Under the pieces are notes generated by a model that saw only the letters and a program-made list of their open reading frames with translations, made no database searches and had not been told where the DNA came from. From Caecitellus pseudoparvulus (lineage: Eukaryota > Protista > Bigyra: Bicosoecida): a stretch of DNA of 64,000 nucleotides. Of this stretch, positions 1 through 9,800 are shown piece after piece (the first letter of the stretch is position 1; each line of letters begins with the position of its first letter). The position numbers were made by a program, and so were the translations under genes. The stretch is taken from the NCBI GenBank assembly GCA_965644315.1, contig CBFFRQ010000081.1:1-64000 (forward strand), written 5' to 3'.

Positions 1-886
1 TAACCCTAACCCTAACCCTAACCCTAACCCTAACCCTAACCCTAACCCTAACCCTAACCCTAACCCTAACCCTAACCCTAACCCTAACCCTAACCCTAAC
101 CCTAACCCTAACCCTAACCCTAACCCTAACCCTAACCCTAACCCTAACCCTAACCCTAACCCTAACCCTAACCCTAACCCTAACCCTAACCCTAACCCTA
201 ACCCTAACCCTAACCCTAACCCTAACCCTAACCCTAACCCTAACCCTAACCCTAACCCTAACCCTAACCCTAACCCTAACCCTAACCCTAACCCTAACCC
301 TAACCCTAACCCTAACCCTAACCCTAACCCTAACCCTAACCCTAACCCTAACCCTAACCCTAACCCTAACCCTAACCCTAACCCTAACCCTAACCCTAAC
401 CCTAACCCTAACCCTAACCCTAACCCTAACCCTAACCCTAACCCTAACCCTAACCCTAACCCTAACCCTAACCCTAACCCTAACCCTAACCCTAACCCTA
501 ACCCTAACCCTAACCCTAACCCTAACCCTAACCCTAACCCTAACCCTAACCCTAACCCTAACCCTAACCCTAACCCTAACCCTAACCCTAACCCTAACCC
601 TAACCCTAACCCTAACCCTAACCCTAACCCTAACCCTAACCCTAACCCTAACCCTAACCCTAACCCTAACCCTAACCCTAACCCTAACCCTAACCCTAAC
701 CCTAACCCTAACCCTAACCCTAACCCTAACCCTAACCCTAACCCTAACCCTAACCCTAACCCTAACCCTAACCCTAACCCTAACCCTAACCCTAACCCTA
801 ACCCTAACCCTAACCCTAACCCTAACCCTAACCCTAACCCTAACCCTAACCCTAACCCTAACCCTAACCCTAACCCTAACCCTAAC
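1..886. repeat. Terminal telomeric repeat (TAACCC)n = (TTAGGG)n on the minus strand
   Basis: Perfect hexamer array from base 1 to ...CCTAAC at 886, then unique sequence; C-rich strand at the 5' end marks a left chromosome end. Confidence 0.99.
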
Positions 887-1109
887 TTTCCAAATGTCAA
901 GCTAATCACAAGTTGTGAAGTGCTAACATTGCCTAATCCAGGCGCTCGTGCACCCAAGTGTGGTGTTGCACAGTGCTTGCTGGTTGGGTGGTGCGCACCG
1001 GGGCGGGGTAGTGCGAATTCCGCACACCATCGCACCGTGGCTCCCAGTTTGCGCCCTCGGTCGGGGCATGCACCTGGGATCGACATCAAAAGCATCATTG
1101 ACAAGCATC

Positions 1110-3194
1110 ATGAACGCCCAAGTGGATCAAGTCCTGGGGGTCCTCTTCGTGGAGGGGTGCCTGAAGCGCAAGCAAGTGCTCGGCCCCAGAACAGGTGTCT
1201 TCACTGACATGCCACGTCGGGGTGCCGCACGCACCTTCGAGCTTGGAGGACCCCTGCCCAAGACTGATCATGATAGTTCATCTTCGGCACGGGACATGTG
1301 GCTCGAGGTCTATGGGGAAGCCGCCGAACGGCTGATCCCAGGGCTGAGTGCGGAATTCGGCAACGCCAATGCGGCCCTGCGCCAGGGACCCACCGGATCG
1401 CCAACCATCCTCGTCACGCTCGGAAGTGAGGGTGATTCACCAACAGTGGCACGTCAACTTCGCATTCTTGCTGCTCAAGAGGACGACTTCGCCATTCGAG
1501 TCGGCCAAGGTGGGTTCGTCGCCGTGGCCTACACCAACACCAAGCAGTTCGCATCGGCGAAGGCGAAAGTGAAGGTGAAGGCCCACCCCACCGCCATCCA
1601 AGTGGCCCACCAAGTGACCAAGGAAGCAACCGAAATCGCCTGCCAGTCAGGTGATGTTGCCAAGGTCATGTGCCTCGTTAGGTCCCACTTCGACCATGGC
1701 CCCGTGCCAGCCCAAGCCGTCCGTCCCAGTGTCAGACAATCCGTCCCCTCCGAGGGTGATGCACCTGTCGACACCAAGACACCATCGACCTGGACTGACA
1801 CTCAGCTCGACAAGGCACCGAAGAAGAAGAAGACCCGTCGAGGCAAGCGAGGAAAGGGCAAGTCAGCCGGACGATCCCTCACCTTCGAGGACGTCTTCAT
1901 CAAGAACGTCCGGCCACCTGCACCTCGACCAACCTCACCACCTGCCACCCAAGGCTCACCCAAAGATACCGTCACCACCCCTGTGGTGCATGCCATGTTG
2001 CCTTCATCAAGGGTGCAGCGGGGCGTCGACCGCAAGTGGCCGTCCCCCACCCCGTCGGGCGAGGCAAGCCCCGAGGTGCACCGGTATCGGCCGTCTGCAG
2101 CAGCAGCATGGGAGGTGATCACAAGGGTGGTGCCTCTTCATGACAGTGTGCGGACACCCGAGCACCTGGCCGAGTACCCCATCAAGCCTGGCCCTCTGGC
2201 CGACCTGCTGTCATCGACCCACGTGTACTCTAACGTGGGGGGGCGGGCCTGTGTCCAGGCCTGTCTCGAGACGGCAGCAGGGGAGAGGGTCTTCGAGGCT
2301 GGGGACCTCCTCCTACTCCAGCATGCAGCCACCATCAACGCTGCCCAGCTTGCCTTCAAGCACATGGTCAGGCAGCTGGAGGGGGTGGTCAGTGACTCGT
2401 CCAGCTCGGACATCATGGACGTCGGCCAGAAGCCACCCTCCCCCTTCCGCTCAGACGGGCAACGGGTGGCCGTCTTCCGCAACATGCTGCACCAGCACTC
2501 GCCGGATGACACCTTCCTGGCCCCAGGTACACCACCAGTCCTGCTTCCCGGCCTGCACCTGCTCATCGACCGCATCAACCAAGGGTACCGTGCCCCAGCC
2601 GGGCATGATGACCTTGGCCAGGCCGGCGTCGACCCCAGCCAGGTTGATGAAGAGGGTGACCAAGAGGGGCACCTCGACGGAGTGCTGTATGCCTTCGCAC
2701 TTCGAGAGGTGTGGACCGACAACACGGCCCATCTGCAGCTCATCCTCGTCGACCATGATCGAGGCAAGCTGGTGCTGTGGAACCCCGACATCCCTGACCT
2801 CCATGACGAGCTGCCCCTGCACAAGTGCATGACCCGGCTGGCAGCCGAAGGCATCAACGTCTTGTACCGGATCTGGACCACACCCGAGGCGGGCAGTCCA
2901 GCACCCTTCCGGGACAGGCTTCGAGGGGCACTCCAGTCTCTCCGAGATGACTTCCCCCCCCTGCCTCACAAGGCCACCGACGGCACCGTGCACCCCCAGA
3001 CCCTCATCGCTGGCAAGGGCACAAGGGTGGCCATGCCTCATGGGCGGATGACCCGACAGCAGGCCGCCACCCTGGAGGCTGAGGTCAAGGACCCCCTCAA
3101 GCGGCTGGTGCCTGAAGACGGCGAGGGTCGCCTGCCCAAGGTCAAGGATGTGCCCCACATCTCGATCGGGCAGATGGGTGGACGCCTGATGTAA
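1110..3194 (+). CDS. ORF1/Gag-like protein of unit A with basic patch and putative cysteine-protease domain (ORF open from 948; in-frame ATGs at 1068 and 1110)
   Basis: Blocks shared with 3827-10267: PRRGAARTF, NTKQF(A/T)SA, TRRGKR, CVQACLE, LLLQHAATINAAQ, PPVLLPGL, AHLQLILVDH, WNP, LRxDFPPLP. Stops just before the point where APE begins in the paralog. Confidence 0.8.
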   Translation: MNAQVDQVLGVLFVEGCLKRKQVLGPRTGVFTDMPRRGAARTFELGGPLPKTDHDSSSSARDMWLEVYGEAAERLIPGLSAEFGNANAALRQGPTGSPTILVTLGSEGDSPTVARQLRILAAQEDDFAIRVGQGGFVAVAYTNTKQFASAKAKVKVKAHPTAIQVAHQVTKEATEIACQSGDVAKVMCLVRSHFDHGPVPAQAVRPSVRQSVPSEGDAPVDTKTPSTWTDTQLDKAPKKKKTRRGKRGKGKSAGRSLTFEDVFIKNVRPPAPRPTSPPATQGSPKDTVTTPVVHAMLPSSRVQRGVDRKWPSPTPSGEASPEVHRYRPSAAAAWEVITRVVPLHDSVRTPEHLAEYPIKPGPLADLLSSTHVYSNVGGRACVQACLETAAGERVFEAGDLLLLQHAATINAAQLAFKHMVRQLEGVVSDSSSSDIMDVGQKPPSPFRSDGQRVAVFRNMLHQHSPDDTFLAPGTPPVLLPGLHLLIDRINQGYRAPAGHDDLGQAGVDPSQVDEEGDQEGHLDGVLYAFALREVWTDNTAHLQLILVDHDRGKLVLWNPDIPDLHDELPLHKCMTRLAAEGINVLYRIWTTPEAGSPAPFRDRLRGALQSLRDDFPPLPHKATDGTVHPQTLIAGKGTRVAMPHGRMTRQQAATLEAEVKDPLKRLVPEDGEGRLPKVKDVPHISIGQMGGRLM

Positions 3195-3589
3195 GTCACC
3201 TGTGGGGGCATACTCCCTGTGCCACACATGACTGAAGCTTTGTGTCGCGACCGACGCACATAGCTGACATCGGACATTGGAAAGTCCAACCCAACCTCAC
3301 CATCACCAACCCAACATCGATACCAACACATCAGGACTCGGCTCAGTGGAAGGGGAAGGCACTTGCAGCAAGATCTGTGAGGCCGCCCCCAAACCTGAGC
3401 CGAAGGGACAGCCGGGCTGGGTCGTGTGCTTGCATCTCAGCAACACCCAGTCCGTGTCGAGTCCATATCCTCCAGCCCACACCGCCACCCAAGCCAAGCA
3501 AGTCGGGTCTCCACCCCTGGACATCGGACCGAGACGGACGAGACTGGACTGGACGGACAAGACAAGAGTGGACCGAGACCTGGACCTAC

Positions 3590-3809
3590 ACCTCAAGACC
3601 ATCCCACCGGGGCGGGCGCTGAAGCGCCAAGACAGACGGCGACTTATACAACGGACACGAGTCTGTGCTAGTCGCAAAGCCGTGCAAGCGGTGCCGTCGT
3701 GGTGTCTGTGTCACTGCATTCTGTTGTGGCGCAGGTGGCACCACATGTCCAAGCCCAAGCTGTACCATGATGTAGCCTGCATGGAGGCAATCTGCAATGC
3801 ATTGAGTAG
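3590..3809 (+). other. Conserved structured 3'-terminal RNA element of unit A
   Basis: Hairpins GGCGC-TGAA-GCGCC (3615-3628), ACGGAC-ACGA-GTCTGT (3651-3666), GCCGT-GCAA-GCGGT (3679-3692) and AATGCATT (3796-3803), collinear with 12110-12323 and 12357-12576. Confidence 0.75.
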
Positions 3810-3823
3810 CTAACCTAACCTAA
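3810..3823. repeat. Short telomere-like junction CTAACCTAACCTAA between units A and B
   Basis: Variant (TAACC) repeats located exactly between the unit A 3' end and the truncated start of unit B. Confidence 0.8.
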
Positions 3824-3826
3824 GGT

Positions 3827-6800
3827 GTGCTGACAGGCTTGCCACGCCGAGGCGCTGCTCGCACCTTCCGGCTTGGTGGTGTCGACATTGACCTGTCAGC
3901 TGTAGAGGATCCATCATTCTTCGTTGGACAGTGGCTCGACATCTTTGGAGACCGCCTGGACGCTGAGTTCCCTGGCACCGTTGCCGCGTTGGCGTGCGCA
4001 AAATCCGCTCTGCGGGAATCCGCGCCAGGGCGAAAGGATCTCCTCGTGACGCTTGCGAGCGACAGCGACGGAGCCGCTACTGCCAAGTGTCTTCGAATTG
4101 CAGCCGCTGCCCGTGAAGACTTCACCGTCACCCTCCCCGGTGGAGGCTCTGTTGGTGTGGTGTACCCCAACACGAAGCAGTTCACATCAGCCCGCGCTAG
4201 GGTCAACCTCATCGCGCCCCCCTCTGCTGTGAAGGTGGCCCAGAGGATCTCCCAGACTGCTACTCGCATTGCTTCTGAAACTGGAGATGTATCAAGGGTG
4301 CTGAAGCTTGTGCACGCTCAGCTCACACATCAGCAGTCGAAGCCTCAGCGTACTGCCGCGCACGTCGGACACTCCGTCTCTACTGTAGACGACGCCCCTG
4401 TCGACAAGCCTGCACTCACGCAAGACCGAGCCCCATCTAAGGCACCTGCCAAGACGAACAAGAGAACACGCCGTGGGAAGCGAACCTCTCGACAAACCCA
4501 CGTCTTCCCGAAAACCTTCGCCGACATCATCCGCGGGGCAGCTGCTCAGAACCAACCTGAACGGAAGACCACACCATCTTCATCCCAAGGCAAAGCAGTG
4601 CCTGCAAGTTGTCCAACTCCTGAGCATGTACGCCTGCCAACGTCTCGTGTCCAATCTCGGCCATCTCGGTGGGATTCTCCTGCACCACGTGCACCAGCTG
4701 CACAGGGTGCCCCAAGTGCTGAGAGCGACTCAGCTGTCCCATGTGCAGCTGTCGATGAGGAAGATGAAAGCGAATTCTCGATAATCCCCCTTGAGACCTG
4801 CCACCGAAAGCCAGCGAAGCTTACCAGCCACAAGCTTCCTGAAGAGTCGCCACTTGTAGGGCTGTTGTCCAACTCAACAGTCTTCGGTGACGATGAAGAC
4901 AAGAACTGTGTCCAGGCTTGCCTGGAATCGGCCTCGGGAGAACCTGTCCTTCAGGAGCAAGACTTTCTCCTTCTGCAGCACGCGGCGACGATCAATGCTG
5001 CCCAAAAGAGTCTTCTTCACATGCTGAAGCAGCGCCATGTACAAGATGCGGACTCGTCCAGCTCAGATGTTGTGATCACTGATGCTGCAGTTCTCCCGCC
5101 GCTTGAAACTGAAGCAGATAGGCTGGAGGTCATGCGCTCCCTCGTGTATCGCTTTGCACCTTCCACACATCATCTGTCCCTTCTGTCTCCACCTGTGCTA
5201 CTGCCTGGGCTTGATCTCCTACTTGAGCGAATGGGAAGGGGCTACGCAATGTTGAAGAGCCCAGCAGACTGGAACGGGAAAGGCATATCACCGCGAGCGC
5301 TGGTGGACGACGCTGAACAAGACACCTATCTTGAAGGGGTATTGTTTGCCTTTGGCCTGAGCCACCCACATGCAGCGACATGGGCTCATCTTCAACTCAT
5401 TCTTGTTGACCATGAGCGGGGCGTCCTGCATGTCTGGAATCCCACTCAACCCAAAGATCATCACGACATCCCACTCAACGCATGCATGGCACGACTTCAT
5501 GCAGAAGGCATTGATACAGTCTACAGGATCTCCTCTGTACCAAACCATGGGGTGGCCTCTCCTCTGCGTGATCGTATCAAACAGGCACTCAGCTCCCTCC
5601 GTGCTGACTTCCCCCCACTCCCCTTTCTGGGACCGGATGGCAAGCTACACAGTCAGACGTACATCGCAGCGAAGAAGGTCCGTGTGTGCCTCCCTGAGAA
5701 TCGGCGAACCCGAAAGCAAGCTGCCGCACTTGAGGAAGTCAAGCAACATGACCCCCTGCTTGAGTACATCCCGACACTAAAACACCACAAGCTGTCGCGA
5801 TGGAGCCCAAGTCCACCCACACCGGTTGGCAAGCATCAACGATGTCGCCTTGCGCTGGCATCATGGAACGTCCGAGGGTCATGTGGACGACGCCTACATG
5901 ACGTGATAGAATGTGTGCAGTCCATCACAAGCCACACGTCTCTCCTTGCTCTCTGCCTTACTGAACCAGGTGGACGCGGCACCCTCGATAGTGCTGTCCT
6001 TGGTCTCGAATGTTTCCGGCCCAACCCACCCGACCGTCCTCCTGGAAGAAGCGAAGTCGCCCTGCTGCTTGACAGACGCTTGAAGGCAACACCCATGCAC
6101 AACTTGGGACTTGATGGCAGATGCTCAGTGGCATGCTCAGTTGCAACGCTCCCCCGGCCACTTGCTATTCTTGCGACATATGTCCCCAACTGGCATACTG
6201 CTCAACGCAAGAAACCGGTTGCCGATCCGGACACCAAGCTGCCTCACAGGCAGGAAGTGTGGCAACAGCTCTTCGATGCTGTCCACCGCCTCAAGCGCAC
6301 ACACATGGTTGTCCTTCTTGGTGACCTAAACTGCCACCCTGGAGATAACGGCATGAGATGCTGGACATCAGACATGTGGGTTAACACGACGGATATCAAA
6401 GACCCAACCCCCGATGTAAGTCAACTCGAAGAGATCTGCCTTGAAGGAGGTCTGTGCCCTGCAGGCCTTGCAGGAAGCCCAACCCAAGCAAGGTACGGTA
6501 GGGTGCTTGACCACATACTCGTCAGTCTTGATCTACGCAAAGTGCTTTGCCGGCCTCTGCTTGTGACTACAACCTTCTCTGGGCATGGGCAGCGACGGTC
6601 TGGCATGCGAGTCTTCAGTGACCATCACCTGCTCAGCACCGAGGTTCGGGTGAAGCTTGGCATACGATCTCATGCAAGAGTCTCATCAGCACGACAGGTA
6701 GCCGCTCCGCCCTGGTGGTCTTCAGCAACCGAAGAAGGGAAGGTCGCACAGCAGACCTTCAGGACGTGCCTCGATGAGGCGACGAGGATGGAAGAGGCAC

Positions 6801-9800
6801 AGCATCCCCCCACCTCTGCCTGGACTCTACAGTGCATGAACACTGCGATTGCCCAAGCTGCGAAAGAAGCTCACGCAATCTCAAGAGTGCCCCGGACTGA
6901 GCTCCCACAACCGCAAACCGCCATCCAAACCCAAAGCCGAGTAAAGAAGCGCATGACAGCGCGAGTGTCGCAAATCAAAAGAATTCGAGAGCGGGTCAAG
7001 CGGCGTCTAGTGCTGATCCAATCTGGAGGAGCGATGGCCCCAGCCTCTCTCAAACTCCAAGTACAGGAGCAACTCTCAATGCTGGAGGAAGATGAGAGCA
7101 GCTGTCTGAGGGAGAGAAAGACGGCAATGCGCACCTGCACCCGACTCACTGCCAAGCTGAGGAAGAAGACCCTTGCTTGTGTCAAAGCACGCATCAAAGA
7201 CCTGGCTAAGTCTGACCCCTTCAAAGCTCATGTGCACATCCGCCGGCTTTCAGGGAGGCCGCGCAACTCGGGCAGCTCGGCAATATCTTCAGTCATGACA
7301 GACACAGGATCCCTCAGCTCAGATCCTGACACACTACGTCAAGAGGTGGCGAAACAAATGGGTGCCATCATCAGCAAACCTACTCTCCCTCGCACACCAC
7401 TGAAGTATGGACTTGGTCGATTCCTTCCTTCATCAACTCCGGAGTTCCAGCCCCCAGAAGACTGGCTTCCAAACACATCAGAGGTCCTCCGCTGTATAAC
7501 AGCACTGAGCCTGCACCGCCACCCCGGCTCAGGAAAGTTTCAGGCGGAGCATATCAAATACGCAAGCACACCCTTTCGCCTTGCATATGCTCAGACCTTG
7601 ATCAACTCCCTGTCAAGCGGAACGTGCCCTGAGCTGTACCATGATGGAATAGGTACCCTGATCCCGAAGAAGACGAGCGAGGTGGGCCGGCCGGCATCCT
7701 ACAGACTGATTGTCTGTAGGCCAGCCCCTGCAAAGCTGTTCTTCTCAGCAGTGGCGGCCTCCCTGGAAAAGTGGATGTCCAGCTGGATATCTCCTGAGCA
7801 GGCAGGCTTCACAGCCCGACGCAACACTCACGAACAAGTCATCGCTCTCCAAGAAGCAGTCAAAGGGCATTTGCGACACTCACCTTCAACTCGACAAGTC
7901 CTTATCTTGTTTGTTGATTTCAAAGGGGCGTTTGACTCGGTCAGCCATTCTTGCATCACGGAGATCCTCAGAGATGCAAAAGTCCCTGCTCCGCTCCTCA
8001 ATCTGGTCAACAGCTACATGCACAAAGCTACCGTCTCCATCAACACGGCAGCAGGACTCTGCCCCCCCCTGCGTGTCACAACGGGTGTTCCCCAAGGGGG
8101 TGCTCTTTCACCACTGCTCTTCAAGATTGCAATCGACGTTGTCTCAAAGCGCCTGGCAGAACTCCCGCAACAAGGGGTCCAAGGCACAGGTATCTCAACT
8201 CCTGACGGATACCTCACACACACGTTGTATGCTGACGACTTGGCGTGCTTAGCAACCACCCCATCAGGACTGCATCGAATGTTCAAAGAGGTCAAGACAA
8301 TTGGAGAACGATCAGGGTTGCTGATAAACCCCCGGAAGAGTGGGGTGATGATCATCCCTGGTCGTGACGGGACCTCATCACAACACACCAGCGACAGACA
8401 GAAGGCCCTGTGGAGATCGAAGTACCTGAGAAGTGGTGAAGAGCTGAAAGTGAACGGCACACCCATCATTCGAACTCCCACGTACATGTACCTTGGAGTC
8501 CCCATGGCTGAGAACCTCATCCGGTCCAGAGCACTTGCACTTGAGAAGGCGCAGATGGCCTGCACACATGCTGGGTTCTCCTGTGGAGCGGTCTTCTCAG
8601 GGGCCTGGCTAGGAGTGAAGCTGAAGAACCAGATTGGAAGAGCTATTGTCACATCCTCAGCCGACTATGTCCTGTGCACACAAGCCAACAGCCTCTTGAT
8701 ACCTCTGCGACAGGTTGACCGGGGCGTGTCCAAAGCCCTGAGCAAGAGCCTTCTCTGCACACAGAGCTCACTCATGAGGCCACACAGTGCCGCAACACTC
8801 GCACTATGCGGTATCAAACCAGCCCACATCAGGTCAACTCAGCTTCGTGTGAACCTCTTCCGAAAGATGCTTGCACGCCTCCATGATCGCTCCCCCTTGG
8901 CAAAGTCCCTCCTCCTCACCATTCCCCAAGCCATAGACATGCTACCACCAAGCATCTCGACCGCGTTCGTTGTCCAAAGCACTGTACAACTGCAGCACCA
9001 CCAAGCCAAACAAACGCCACTACCTTGGGCACTGTTTGGGATCCTTGACCTATGGATGTATGGATGTCTGCCCGATCTGAACGATCTGAAAGATGCTTGC
9101 CTAGCAGAGGGGTCACGAAAGCAGCAAGCACTCACAGCAGTTCTCACATGTCTGAAGAAGCCACCACACTCTGCGAAGATCGAGGTGATGGGCATTGCGG
9201 TACCACCCATGGCAACTATAGACACCCCTCCGCAGTTTCAGTCACTCACATCATGGCAGACACGACACCAGGTGGTTGCCTCATATCTGCATGTGGTGCA
9301 AACCAAGCAGAGCATAGCAGCCGGCTACTCCGCATCGTCAAGACTCCCAAGCGCCATCAAACCACGCCCTCATCATGTTGGCATTGGAGCACAACACTTC
9401 ACAATGCTGCACCCGATCCCATCTGGGATCAGCCCCCTCCTGTGGGCATGCGCCGAGGACAAGCCTCTCTGCAACATGGTTCATCAGTGGCAGACACTAC
9501 AACTCTTACATGGAGGGGATGACCCAACACTCTACTCGACCTGTCCACTGTGTGCCACTGAAGTCCCTGCAGACCTCCACCGCCACGTCATCCTCCACTG
9601 CCACAACCTCAACACACCAAGGCGAGCAGCCATTGAGAGACTTACAAATCTCCTTCAAGAATGTGAGGACGAGGCAAGCACTCCGAAGACAACTGTCCAA
9701 CACCCCCCTCAAGCTGTGACTAGAGCCATACGTGCCAGCTTCACTAACTTGTGCGTTCCGGAAGACCATGAAGAAGCCATGTACCGCCTCATTCTCTGTG

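Larger units (their letters stand above)
887..3809 (+). mobile_element. Telomere-associated non-autonomous retroelement, unit A (ORF1-like protein only)
   Basis: Bounded by the telomere and by CTAACCTAACCTAA (3810-3823). Its ORF is paralogous to the N-terminal ~670 aa of the unit B polyprotein. Its last ~220 nt are homologous to the 3' ends of units B and C. No APE or RT motifs. Confidence 0.8.

Noticed and set aside
887-1109. 5' HDV-like ribozyme in unit A
   Set aside because: Short hairpins exist (TCACAA-G-TTGTGA, GTGCG-AATTC-CGCAC) but I cannot build the nested pseudoknot by eye.
3277-3813. 178-aa ORF downstream of ORF A as a second gene
   Set aside because: Non-ATG start, no recognisable motifs, and it overlaps the conserved RNA structure; more likely 3' UTR.
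3191-3824. Intron joining ORF A to ORF B (GTAAGT at 3191; CTAAC...AG at 3810-3824)
   Set aside because: Splicing at these sites puts B out of frame, and the product would duplicate the N-terminal module.
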